Origin: Octopus sinensis
Lineage: Eukaryota
Direction of reading: 5' to 3'
DNA: 64,000 nucleotides
Assembly: GCF_006345805.1 (NCBI RefSeq)
Contig: NC_043007.1
Span: 17,484,001 to 17,548,000 of the forward strand
The notes under the pieces are model-generated. The model saw only the letters and a list, made by a program, of their open reading frames with translations. It was not told where the DNA came from and did no database searches. Below, in pieces: positions 53,060 through 64,000 of the stretch; positions within the stretch are counted from its first letter, which is position 1, and each line of letters begins with the position of its first letter. The translations under genes and the position numbers were made by a program.

Positions 53060-53966
53060 GTAAGTAAAACAGTTTCTATTGGTACCACCAGATTTTACCT
53101 CAATTGTAAAATTAATGTGTTGTATTTTGATTTTCATTCAAAATAGTGGCTTAAAGCTGGAGCAAATATCCAAATAGAATTGTTGGCACTGTCCGAACGT
53201 AGCAGATGCCGTACCACCTGACTGGCGTCCGTGTCGGTGACACGTAAAAGCACCAACTGATCGTGGCCATTTGCCAGCCTCACCTGGCACCCCTGCCAGT
53301 GGCACGTAAAAAGCACTCACTATACTCACGGAGTGGTTGGCGTTAGGAAGGGCATCCAGCTGTAGAAACACTGCCAGATCAGACTGGAGCCTGGTGCAGC
53401 CTCCTGGCTTCTCAGACCCCGGTCGAACCATCCAACCCATGCTAGCATGGAAAGCGGACATTAAACGATGATGATGATGAAATCAGACTAGTGTAATCAG
53501 TTGAATTTGCTCACTTTTAGAAGTCTGAAGAGACTCTATAGCTGCTGCAAAGTCTGGTGTGAAGAATGGTCTTAACTCTTGTAGATCTTATATTTCTAAT
53601 GAATAGACTGCCTATGTTTTCAAGATTTTTTAAAAATAAAATCTCTAATTTTATATATCAGTGCTAGTATTGATCAACTGAAATCTTGTAATATTTCTAT
53701 GAATTTCATCAAAATTTTTATCTAAGTAGGGGCTTTAGAAGATTGGTATTAAAAGAATTAATATTCCAAGTTTCATTGAGGCTGACTTTGCCTTTCATTC
53801 TTTCAGGGTCAGTCAAGTAAATACAATTTGAGTACCAGTAATTAACTAGCCCCCTCCCCAAGAATTCCAGGCCTTGTGTCTATAGTAGAAAGAATTAAAA
53901 TGGTGATGTTGTATGGTGAAAATTGATGTAATAATGATTCTCTTTTTTTTTTTTTTTCACTTCCAG

Positions 53967-54021
53967 TATTGTAAATACTGCTATCTTTGTTCAGCTGTCT
54001 GTGACACCTTCTGTAAACCTG
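53967..54021 (+). CDS. HRC: HRC-like protein, exon 3 of 5
   Basis: TTCCAG|TAT...CCTG|GTAAGA; YCKYCYLCSAVCDTFCKP, 55 nt, phase 0-1. Confidence 0.9.
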
Positions 54022-54444
54022 GTAAGATATTTTCACCTTTTCATTCTGAAGTATGATTAAGGGTGGTTTATTAAAAGTTTTCTTAATTAATATTGACAGC
54101 CTTTCAGAAACGAAGGGCATCACTATTCTGTTGTGTTTGGGGGAGAGTCATTTTCTTTTTTGTGCCTTATAATTTAACACACTCACCGGTAAAATTTCCA
54201 CTTTTTTCTTATTTCTAGTTTCCTAAAATTTTCGTTGCGTCTTGCATCCTTTTCAATAGTTTTGACTCACTATGTTTTTTGTCTACTCTGATGATGATAA
54301 AGTTAACCATAAGTTGATGGATATCTCTGTGATCCAGGGGAAGATTTGAGCCCTCATACTAATATAGAACACTCACTGTGTAGTGCTCCTACTTATAACA
54401 CTGATGGGATATAAGTAATGTTTTTATTGAGTATATGTCTTAGA

Positions 54445-54906
54445 CTGGCATCCGTTGCTAGTGGAGCGCTAAGAGTACCATACGAGTGAAATCGTTGCCA
54501 GAGCAACAAGCTGGCCTTCATGCCGATGGCACGTTAAGCACACCATTCAAGTGTGATCGTTACCGCGTCACCTTACTAGCACTTGTGCTGGTGGCATGTG
54601 AAATATTCGAGCGAGGTCGTCGCCAGTGCCGCTGGACTGGCTCCTGTGCAGGTGGCACGTAAAAAGCACCATTTGGGTGTGGCCGTTGCCAGTACCACCA
54701 AACTGGCCCCCGTACTGGTGGCACATAAAAGCACCCACTACACTCTCGGAGTGGTTGGCGTTAGTAAGGGCATCCAGCTGTAGAAACTCTGCCAGATCAG
54801 ATTGGAGTCTGGTGCAGCCATCTGGTTTGCCAGTCCTCAGTCAAATCGTCCAACCCATGCTAGCATGGAAAGCAGACGTTAAATGATGATGATGATGATG
54901 ATGATG
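54445..54906 (+). mobile_element. Family C SINE
   Basis: Tandem units, Meta-like core, (GAT)n tail. Confidence 0.8.
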
Positions 54907-55757
54907 AACTTCAGTAAGCTGAAGTTCTATTGTGCCTTGTAATAAGTAATTGACCATTACAGAACAAATGTGCTCATTTAACATAAGATTGTATAAGTAC
55001 TTGAAATTTTTGACGATAAGAAATTTTAGACATGTAATTTCTACTTTGCCTGCTGCTGTAATCCGAGATAAATATAAACCATTCTCTTGTTTGATGAGAT
55101 GTTGATAGAAAGAAAGATGTTCTATTATAAAAGTCATAATTATTTTGATTGCTTTTTCATAATAACTTTTGTCTAATTCACTTGTTGCTTAGATTACTGC
55201 ATGTAATCTTTATAACTTTACAAAAGACGAAACAGTAATATCCTGTAGCTTCTTGAAAATCTTGCCTGGACAAGTTCGAAATTAACGTTAATCAAACTTA
55301 ATTATCTCAAAATATGCTGTAAGATAATTATATTCCAGACTAAGTGGTGAAGGTTGTCAGATATGTGTCTCCTTGGAATGTGAAATGATAATTTGTGGAC
55401 TTAAAAGAAATTACTTTATACTACTAACATGATAGTCTGTGTAATAATACCAGTTTGACTTAATGGTTCCATGGCTGGTGTTTGCTGAAATGCATTCAAC
55501 TGTGAATTCTTTCCTTGAAATGCTGAAATTATCTTGTTCATTCAATTCATTGCCAATGCAAATAGAGATAAACTGGATTTCTACTGAGCTGAGAATTAAG
55601 TTCCATGTCAATAGTTGATGACTTCCTTTATTAGAAACGATGCTCACAGATTGTAGTTTTTACTTATAAATATACGAAGGAATAACATTGTAATCTTAGT
55701 CTTATATATTAGTATATATAAGTACTGATGGAAATAGCTTTTAATATAACTGTATAA

Positions 55758-56050
55758 GGAGGCGCAATGGCCCAGTGGTTAGGGCAGTAGACTCGCGGTC
55801 GGAGGATCGCGGTTTTGATTCCCAAACCGGTCGTTGTGTGTGTTTATTGAGTGAAAACACCTAAAGCTCCACGAGGCTCCGGCAGGGGGTGCTGGCGACC
55901 CCTGTTGTACTATTTCGCCACAACTTTCTCTCACTCTCTCTTCCTGTTTATTGAATAACACTGCGATGGACTGGCGTCCCGTCCAGCTGGGGGGAACACA
56001 TATGCCACAGAAGATGGGCCCATGAGCCTGGCTAGGCTTGAAAAGGATGA
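55758..56050 (+). mobile_element. Family D SINE, tail type 3 with V-SINE-like domain
   Basis: Family D head followed by CTGCGATGGACTGGCGTCCCGTCCAG (55961-55986). Confidence 0.75.
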
Positions 56051-56074
56051 TGTTACGTTTTATAACTTTATAAG

Positions 56075-56305
56075 GTATACTGTGCTACCTCCTAAGTGTC
56101 GTAAAGCACTTTACAGTACCAGTTTCTTCCCTCACACCTCTGAACTTTGGAATTCCCTTCCACAGTGTTGTTTTCCTCTTCAATATGACCTCCAGTTTTT
56201 TTAAGCCTAATGTACATCGTCACCTATTGCCTTCTGTCTAGCGTCCATTTTATTCTAGTAGCTCTTAGGTTTTCAGTGGTCTAAGGACCTTGTAACAAGT
56301 GGATG
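56075..56305 (+). mobile_element. CR1 (Zenon-like) LINE 3' end
   Basis: YSTSFFPHTSELWNSLPQCCFPLQYDLQFF motif typical of the ORF2 C-terminus. Confidence 0.65.
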
Positions 56306-56600
56306 CTTTAAAGAAAAAGGTGGTGAGCTGACAGAATCGTTATTATACCAGGCAAAATGCTTAGCAGTATTTCATCTGTCTTTACTTAAAATACTACCAA
56401 GGTTGACTTTGCCTTCCATCCATTCAGGGTCAGTGAAATAAATACCAGTTGAGCATTGGGGTCAATATAATCAACTTAGCCCCTCCCCTGAAATTGCTGG
56501 CTTTGTGTCAAAATTTGAAGCCAATATAAATATATAAAGAAATAATATTATAATCCTTGTCATATATTTTTACTGGTATCATTTCTGTATTTTTTCTCAG

Positions 56601-56637
56601 GTGGATATGTTGATAAAGTATCAGCTGCTATCATCAG
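56601..56637 (+). CDS. HRC: HRC-like protein, exon 4 of 5
   Basis: TTCTCAG|GT...AG|GTAAAT; (G)GYVDKVSAAII(S), 37 nt, phase 1-2. Confidence 0.88.
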
Positions 56638-57050
56638 GTAAATATTTTGCATTTAATTTATTTTAATGAACACAAATTGTTGAGTGGTGGCACCACCTGC
56701 TCCCTCTTTTTAGAGTAATACATAAGAGTGTTTTGTCTTACTTTCCCTTCTTTTTTTTATTCTGATGGATTCAGAGCATTTCTGAGTTATTCATTTATGT
56801 TACCTGTGACCCATTCAGCCACCCAACCCCACACCTCCATTAACTCTAAATTTCTCATAGATTTGTCAATTGCCTCATTATCTCAATGATCAACTGTTAA
56901 TTATCAGTAGCACTGTACCATATTAAATATAGAAATGTCATTCAAAGGATTATTTACTTAAATTCAGTGGAATACATCCAATGGTTTTCAAAATTAGAAA
57001 TATCATTATTTCTAATTCTCTCTAAAGGAGACTACAGCAGCGGTACTGGA

Positions 57051-57353
57051 TATTAACAGTTATCGCCAAGCTAATATGGCAGTCCAGGAAAATAGGACGA
57101 ATGCTGCCATTGATTGGCTCCAAGAGGCCATCGCCTCTAGGTAAATAATCCTTCGAACATTCGGTCGAAACTAGTCTGTGGATGCCAGACCAGCAAGGGG
57201 AAGTTGCTGACCTCCCCTGTTCGAAGGTTATAATGGACACAGGTTTGTGTGTCACATAGCTAGTTAGAGGTGATGGCCTCTTGAAGCTAATCAATGGCAG
57301 CATTCGTCCTATTTTTCTGGACTGCCATATTAGCTTGGCAATAACTATTAATA
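57051..57353. repeat. Inverted repeat with 89-bp arms (57051-57139 / 57265-57353) in intron 4
   Basis: Arms are near-perfect reverse complements; spacer holds GAAACTAGTC and a second short IR (CCTTCGAACA / TGTTCGAAGG). Confidence 0.85.
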
Positions 57354-57555
57354 CTATACCATATTCTTTTCCTTAAATCTTTACACCAGCACTTATACCA
57401 GATATCCATTGCTCTTAACAGTTAAGGATTTATGGTAAAATAAACTATTACAATCTGAGTCCACCTTGCCCACCTCCACTGTGGTTATCATCACAATTGA
57501 CAAGCATACAAAAATAAATTGAATAATATCCAGAGTGCACAGTATTTTCTTTAGC

Positions 57556-57783
57556 TGGTGAGCTGGCAGAATCGTTAGCACGCCGGGTGAAATGCTTAGT
57601 GGTATTTCGTCTGCCGCTACATTCTGAGTTCAAATTCTGCCGAGGTCGACTTTGCTTTCATCCTTTCAGGGTCGATAAATTAAGTACCAGTTACGCACTG
57701 GGGTCGATGTAATCAACTTAATCTCTTTGTCTGTCCTTGTTTGTCCTCTCTATGTGTAGTTCCTTGTGGGCAATAAAGAAATA
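57556..57783 (+). mobile_element. Family A SINE
   Basis: Flanking duplication AGTATTTTCTTTAGCT. Confidence 0.85.
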
Positions 57784-58299
57784 AGTATTTTCTTTAGCTA
57801 GGTAAAGGCATAATATATCTGAAAGGGTTCTGTGGAATGGGCCTGCTTGTATGCCATAGGATTGCCGATTCATAGCTACCTCGGGGTTACATAAGTTTTT
57901 TGCTATTTTTTTTTTATCATTATTCCATAGGATCTCATTGTTTAATAGCATTAATTCAATCATTACATATTTACTACAAGGGATGCTGGAACACATCATA
58001 AACCTGAAATAGATCCTCCTCCCACACTTTTCAAAGATCATCTCCACTGACCTCACCTGGAAACCTTAATTTCATAACATTTTCCAACAGTGAGTGCTTC
58101 AATGAGATATAGATTTTCTTAGAAGGCCAAGAAGTATTTGTTGCTTCAAGTTTCTTATTTTAGCCATGTAGCTTCTCTAAAGCAAGGAACCTGCTCTGTT
58201 CTGTTCCTTCTTTTCATACCTAAATTTCTCATCTCCTGATTCAAAGCCGCCTTCCTCTACTGTAGTCTCACACAGTCAAGGGGTATCTTAGTGTTGCAA

Positions 58300-58552
58300 G
58301 ACACATCAATCAAAAAATCGTAAAAAATAGGGATTTTCGTAGAAAGAAAGCACCTTTTTGATGTAAATAATTTTTGGTGTTAACATGGTCTGATTTGAAT
58401 TTTTTCTTCTACGGAAGGAAGAGCAAGCCTTCTTCTATCATACTCTCAATTCTGGTCAACTTGTGCCGCAGGGTCTTGGAGGAGATAGTGTTAGTTGAAG
58501 GCTACCAAACCTACCATACACAGACAACTTCAGCTTTATATATATAGAGAGA
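58300..58552 (+). mobile_element. Helitron-like non-autonomous 3' fragment
   Basis: Ends ACACAGACAACTTCAGCTTTATATATATAGAGA, a terminus typical of short Helitron-derived repeats; left boundary approximate. Confidence 0.4.
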
Positions 58553-58851
58553 TAATTCTTTCAAAGTGCTGAATTATGATCAAAGGTATTCCAGTTGTAA
58601 TTAACCATCTTATGTTTTTATATCTGCAACTACACAGTACAATGTTGTTGTTGTTTTTATTTAAGAGAGGAGGCTCTGATCGGAGGGAGACTTGGTTGTT
58701 ATATGAAATTAGTAGTAAAACGGTTTTTCATTTTTTTTATTTCGTAGTTGAAAATTATCCAAAAGTTTATTAAGTTATTCCATGGTTGAAAAAACAAATA
58801 CATATAAACTGAAATTATCAATATTTTTTCTCTTTTTCTTTTTTCTTCCAG

Positions 58852-58939
58852 TGCATTGCCATTCCATGACACCAAGGAAATTAACAAAGATATTCACTCA
58901 ATGAAGAAGTGGATTGACAAAACTAAAGAAGAACTTTAA
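58852..58939 (+). CDS. HRC: HRC-like protein, exon 5 of 5, ending in KEEL
   Basis: Long polypyrimidine tract, CCAG|T; (S)ALPFHDTKEINKDIHSMKKWIDKTKEEL* in the phase required by exon 4. Confidence 0.88.
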
Positions 58940-60217
58940 TTTAATGTCTGTTTCTTGTGTGTCTTGTACATTCATACATGTTGATGACACAGTTATCAGA
59001 TATATGTATGTGTTTTTGTGAAAAAATAACATTGCATGTTCTAGGAATATAAAATGTTGTTCTTGTTTAGTCACCCTGTCACTTTTACTAATTATACAGA
59101 ATGATCTTGCAAAGAAAATCACAGAACTTCCCTCGAAGTAACGGGAAGTTTGTATTTCACTTGTTTTCCATCAGTCACTCTCCACAATAAGCTGACAAAC
59201 CATTTACCGTTCACTTGGTCAGTGGTTTGAGACATTTTAAACACAGATTTGTCGTAATCATTTTTCTACTTTACATTGTTGGAGATTTTCATATCTTAAC
59301 TTATTGAGAATATTTGTATTTTTATTATCATCAGTTGTTGTCATTTAGCCCTAGGCCCTTAAATGATCAGACAGGCCTATGGTCAAAAACATTCTATTTA
59401 TGGCTATCCTGTTTGTTTTCTATATCTAGGGTACATTGTCCAATTCATTTTTTTTTTGTCTTTCTTTTTTTCGAGATGGTAGAATGTGATTGGAAGGAGA
59501 ATTTATAGTTGTTTGAGACGGTGGGTCGCAGAACTAGTAGAGCAACAGAAAAAAGACGATTTGTGATGCTAACTTGCATTTCCTCTTTACTTTCTGAGTT
59601 CGAATGCTGCCGATATCAACTTCGCATTTCATCCATTCAGGATCGATTCAACAAACACCGGTCAAGCACTGGAGTTTACTTAATCAACCGATCCTTTCCC
59701 CACCAAAAAATGTGGCCATGTGCCTATCTTAGAAATCATTCATTATAGTAATTGTTGTTTTTTTTAAATACTGTTTATCTGGAGATATGATCTTTGTTCT
59801 GTTATGTTCACCATACATTTTTTACTAACCAGACAAACTTACCTGTTCATTGTCTCACCTTAAGGGACAACGAACAGGCCAGTGGAAGATACTGGTCTAG
59901 CTGCTGTGTAATATTCTCTTCATTTGACTGAAGAAAACTATTTCTAACTACATTCCTTTTTTTTTTACTTTTCTTAAAGATTGTATTATTAAACTACTAA
60001 AAACAATGTCATTTGTTGTTATTCTTTGCTCTGAGTTCAAATCTTCCCAAGATCAACTCTTGTTTTTATATCGACTTTGAAATCAATATAAACAATAAAG
60101 TTGATCTTAGGAAGATGTCTCATTTTTAACTGTGCTTAAATTAGAAACAGCTATCATTATCATCAAGACTGCAGAATCAGAATATGGTGTAATTTTGTGC
60201 AGTGTTTAGAAATTCGA

Positions 60218-60385
60218 CGCAGGAGTGGCTGTGTGGTAAGTAATTTACTTACCAACCACATGATTCCGGGTTCAGTCCCACTGCGTGGTACCTTGGGCAA
60301 GTGTCTTCTACTATAGCCTCGGGCTGACCAAAGCCTTGTGAGTGGATTTGGTAGACGGAAACTGAAGGAAGCCCATCATATATAT

Positions 60386-60443
<58 letters not shown>

Positions 60444-60640
60444 CTGTGTTTGTTCCCCGCAACATCACTTGACGACCAATGCTGGTGTGTTTACGTCCCC
60501 GTCACTTAGCGGTTCGGCAAAAGAGACCAATAGAATAAGTACTAGGCTTACAAAGAATAAGTCCTGGGAGTCGATTTGCTCGACTAAAGGCGGTGCTCCA
60601 GCATGGCTACAGTCAAATGACTGAAACAAGTAAAAGAGAA
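60218..60640 (+). mobile_element. Family B SINE
   Basis: Full-length match. Confidence 0.85.
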
Positions 60641-60774
60641 GTCAACTTTGCTTTTCATCCTTCTGTTGTGAATTCTATAAAGTTGATCTGACTGACTATC
60701 TTCCTCAGATATTAAGTCATTATCAAAAAGCAAGTAGATTAAAGCATCAGATAAAATTCATCATTTATCATCCA

Positions 60775-61078
60775 CCATGTAAAAAGCACCATCCGAAGTG
60801 GCCGATGCCAGGGCCACCTTGACTGGCTTCCGTGCCAGTGGCACGTAAAAAGCACCAACCAATCGTGGCCGTTGCCAGCCTCACCTGGCGCCTGTACCGG
60901 TGGCACGTAAAAAGCACCCACTACACTCACGGAGTGGTTGGTGTTAGGAAGGGCATCCAGCTGTAGAAACCTTGCCAGATCAGACTGGGCCTAGTGCAGC
61001 CTCCTGGCTTCCCAGACCCCGGTCAAACTGTCCAACCCATGCTAGCATGAAAAACGGACGTTAAATTATAATGATGAT
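60775..61078 (+). mobile_element. Family C SINE
   Basis: Tandem units plus Meta-like core and tail. Confidence 0.8.
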
Positions 61079-61817
61079 TTACATGCTTGCGTGGGTCAGA
61101 TGAAATCTGTTGAGATCAATTTTCTACAGCCGGATGCCCTTCCTATCACCAACCCTCACTGATTCCCAAGTAAAGTACTATTTTCCGTGATCAAACGTTT
61201 TTCACAGAAGATTGAGAACAAAGGACACCACAAGGATGATTGTGATATTTACTGCTATCACATGCAGAAAAGAGACAGTAACACACACACACATATGATA
61301 GGCTTCTTTCAGTTTGTCTTCCAAATCTACTCACAAGGCTTTGGTTGGTCTGAGGCTAGTGTAAGAGAGACTTCTCCAGACGCCACACAATATAATGATA
61401 CCCAGAACCATATGGTTGGGAAGCAAACTTCTTACCACACAGCCACATCTGGCAATATTTAGCTCTGCCAGGAGTTTAAAACCTTTCAGGGTCACCTTTA
61501 TCTTTTTTATCCTTGCAAGGTTGGTCCAATCAACTACACCCTTCTCCAAAATGTCATCTGGTACCTGCCTGTTTTAGAAATTATAATCAAGAAATGGAGG
61601 TGGATATCAGAATCAGTTGAACTTCAAATGCCTGGCAATTTTTTAGCCATGCCACAAATTCTTGGTCAACTTTGAATCACCTCTACCAGGATGAACGGCA
61701 ATCATATGCTTTGTGATATTGTGCTGTTGTTGAAAAACTATCAGAACTGAGCAGCAGAAACCAAAGAGTAACACATAAAATGCTTTGCGATAAATATTTA
61801 GTATTCTCTCTCTCTCT

Positions 61818-62140
61818 CATCATCATCATCCTCATCATCATTTAACGTCCGCTTTCCATGCTAGCATGGGTTGGACGATTTTGGCTGAGGGCTGGCGAAC
61901 CAGATGGCTGCACCAGCCTCCAATCTTGATCTGGCAGAGTTTCTACAGCTGGATGCCCTTCCTAATGCCAACCACTCCGAGAGTGTAGTGGGTGCTTTTT
62001 ACGTGCCACCGGCACAGGGGCCAGTCAGGCGGTACTGGCAATGACCTCGCTCAAATCTTTTTACATATGCCACCGGCACAGGTGCCAGTAAGGTGACGTT
62101 GGTACTGATCACACTCAAATAGTGCCCTTTTGCGTACCAC
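61818..62140 (-). mobile_element. Family C SINE
   Basis: Reverse-complement match with (CAT)n at the left end. Confidence 0.8.
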
Positions 62141-62683
62141 AGGCCACCTATGTATTCACCTATTCACCAGGCATTTGGTCTTATTCCTCAGGCTTTCTCT
62201 CACACCCTTCAGTACTGTACTTCTTTCAGTTCAGGGGATCTTGTCTTGTGAGTACTTGATGACTTCCTAGTGCTGGTACCATGGAAACCAATAAAGTGTT
62301 GGCATTAGGAAGGGCAGCCAGCTGTAGAAATCATGCTGAAGCTGACATTGGAGCTCAATGCACTAGAATTTATTTTACTGTAAGGTGTAGGTGTGCTTGT
62401 ATGGTTACAGAGTTTGCTTCTCAACCACTGTGTAGCACCTTGGGGTGTCTTCTACACGTGCGTGTGTGTGTGTAAGTCTTCACATTACATGATAGATTTA
62501 AATGATTGTCACTGTAATCGAAGCAACATCATTCAATTCTTATATTCTGCAAGAACATGTTTGGCTATGAGAAAATATTACCTTGCTTGGAAACAGATGA
62601 AGATTGACAACAAGAAGGACATCCAACTGTAGAAAATCTACCTCAATAAATTCCATTCACCCATGCAAACTGGAAAAGTAGAC

Positions 62684-62865
62684 GGTACTGCTTAAGAAGA
62701 GTGGTCCCGGTGCACGCACTCGCGCACCCGCACTAGCTAGTCGTGACTAGTCGATCCTTACTTTGTTAAAAAAATTATTTACTTTGCTAGATAGTCATAG
62801 GATCGACTAATCACGACTAGCTTGCGCGAGTGCGCGCACCGGGACCACTCTTCTTAAGTAGTACC
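62684..62865. mobile_element. Hairpin MITE (GGTAC ends, 9-bp TSD; Merlin- or Mutator-like) nested in a SINE tail
   Basis: GGTACTGCTTAAGAAGAGTGGTCCCGGTGC / GCACCGGGACCACTCTTCTTAAGTAGTACC; TSD AAAGTAGAC / AAAGTGGAC. Confidence 0.85.
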
Positions 62866-63269
62866 AAAGTGGACATTAAAACGTTATGATGACAACTGAT
62901 ATCAAGTTGTTATGCATGTATGAGAATTAAACTAGCAATTTTTTCTACAGGGAGAGATCTGTCCCAGGCAACATTTCCGCAAGACATCGTATCTATTCTC
63001 AACAATGAAGTGAAATATGTAGAGATAAATATATTCTATCTGTATAAATAACTAAAGGTCCACAGTGAATTTATATTGCAGATCAACGAAATAGCCTTCA
63101 TCTAACATGCCATCTTGGTATAAAAGTGCATGTATTTAGATTACGTTATTGTACAAGGGGCGAGAAAGTAAAAAGTGTGGCGGTAGAAATTTGTGAATTC
63201 AGCGAAGTGGTTGTTTTTCAGTAATATATCGCCTAATCATCTATTTCCAACATTAATACCCTTCCATAC

Positions 63270-63660
63270 AAGGCGAGTTGGCAGAATCGTTAGCATGCCG
63301 AGCGTAATGCGTAGCCATATTTCGTCTGCCGTTACGTTCTGAGTTCAAATTCCGCCGAGGTCGACTTTGCCTTTCATCCTTTCGGGGTCGATAAATTAAG
63401 TACCAGTTACGAACTGGGGTCAATGTAATCGACTTAATACCTATGTCTGTCCTTGTTTGTTCCCTCTGTTTTTAGCCCCTTGTGGGTAGTAAAGAAATAG
63501 GTATTTCGTCTGCCCGCTACGTTCTGAGTTCAAATTCCGCCGAGGTCGACTTTGCCTTTCTTCCTTTCGGGATCGATTAAATAAGTACTGGGGACGATAT
63601 AATCGACTTAATCCGTTTGTCCTCTCTGTGTTTTGCCCCTTGGGGGTAATATAGAAATAT
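63270..63660 (+). mobile_element. Dimeric family A SINE with ~30-bp TSD
   Basis: TATTTCCAACATTAATACCCTTCCATACAAGG on both sides. Confidence 0.85.
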
Positions 63661-64000
63661 ATTTCCAACATTAATACCCTTCCATACAAGGTATTCTGCT
63701 CAAATGTCTAAAAGTGTCTTGATTACGGTATAATAAATGTCTGTACAATATTTTGAAGCAATATTCTAAATGAATAATCAGTCATGTAAGAATTACCAGT
63801 CACTACAGAATAGGATAACGCGGAAATTATATATTTATATAAAAAAAAAAAAGGTAATGGGAGATTACTAGCATTTTTACATCTAGTTGCCTCCCTTGTA
63901 CATATTCACCAGCTTGCGAAAAGATAGATAATAACTGAACCGACAGGTTATTGAGCAACAGTATTAGAAATTAACAGTTGAAGAGCTATCTCTACAACCC

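Overview
AT-rich, repeat-dense eukaryotic genomic DNA. The SINE families, microsatellite load and 5S sequence suggest a mollusc, most likely an octopus (inference from recalled repeat families, no search run). One complete spliced gene can be built on the + strand: five exons (37094-37279, 52988-53059, 53967-54021, 56601-56637, 58852-58939) encode a 145-aa protein with a signal peptide, a 14-cysteine domain resembling the C-terminal domain of vertebrate HRC (histidine-rich calcium-binding protein), and a C-terminal KEEL ER-retrieval motif. It has no His/acidic repeat region. Its promoter carries a perfect ER-stress element (CCAAT-N9-CCACG) and an ARE/AP-1-like motif. Two weak candidate exons of another gene lie at 6701 and 13949. 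The remainder is mobile DNA: modular tRNA-SINEs, palindromic tRNA-SINEs carrying Penelope-type minimal hammerhead motifs, a 5S rRNA copy fused to a tRNA-SINE, Merlin/piggyBac/hAT/Tc-mariner MITEs, Helentron-like elements, CR1/RTE LINE ends and a solo LTR. Almost all ORFs in the supplied track are artefacts of these repeats.
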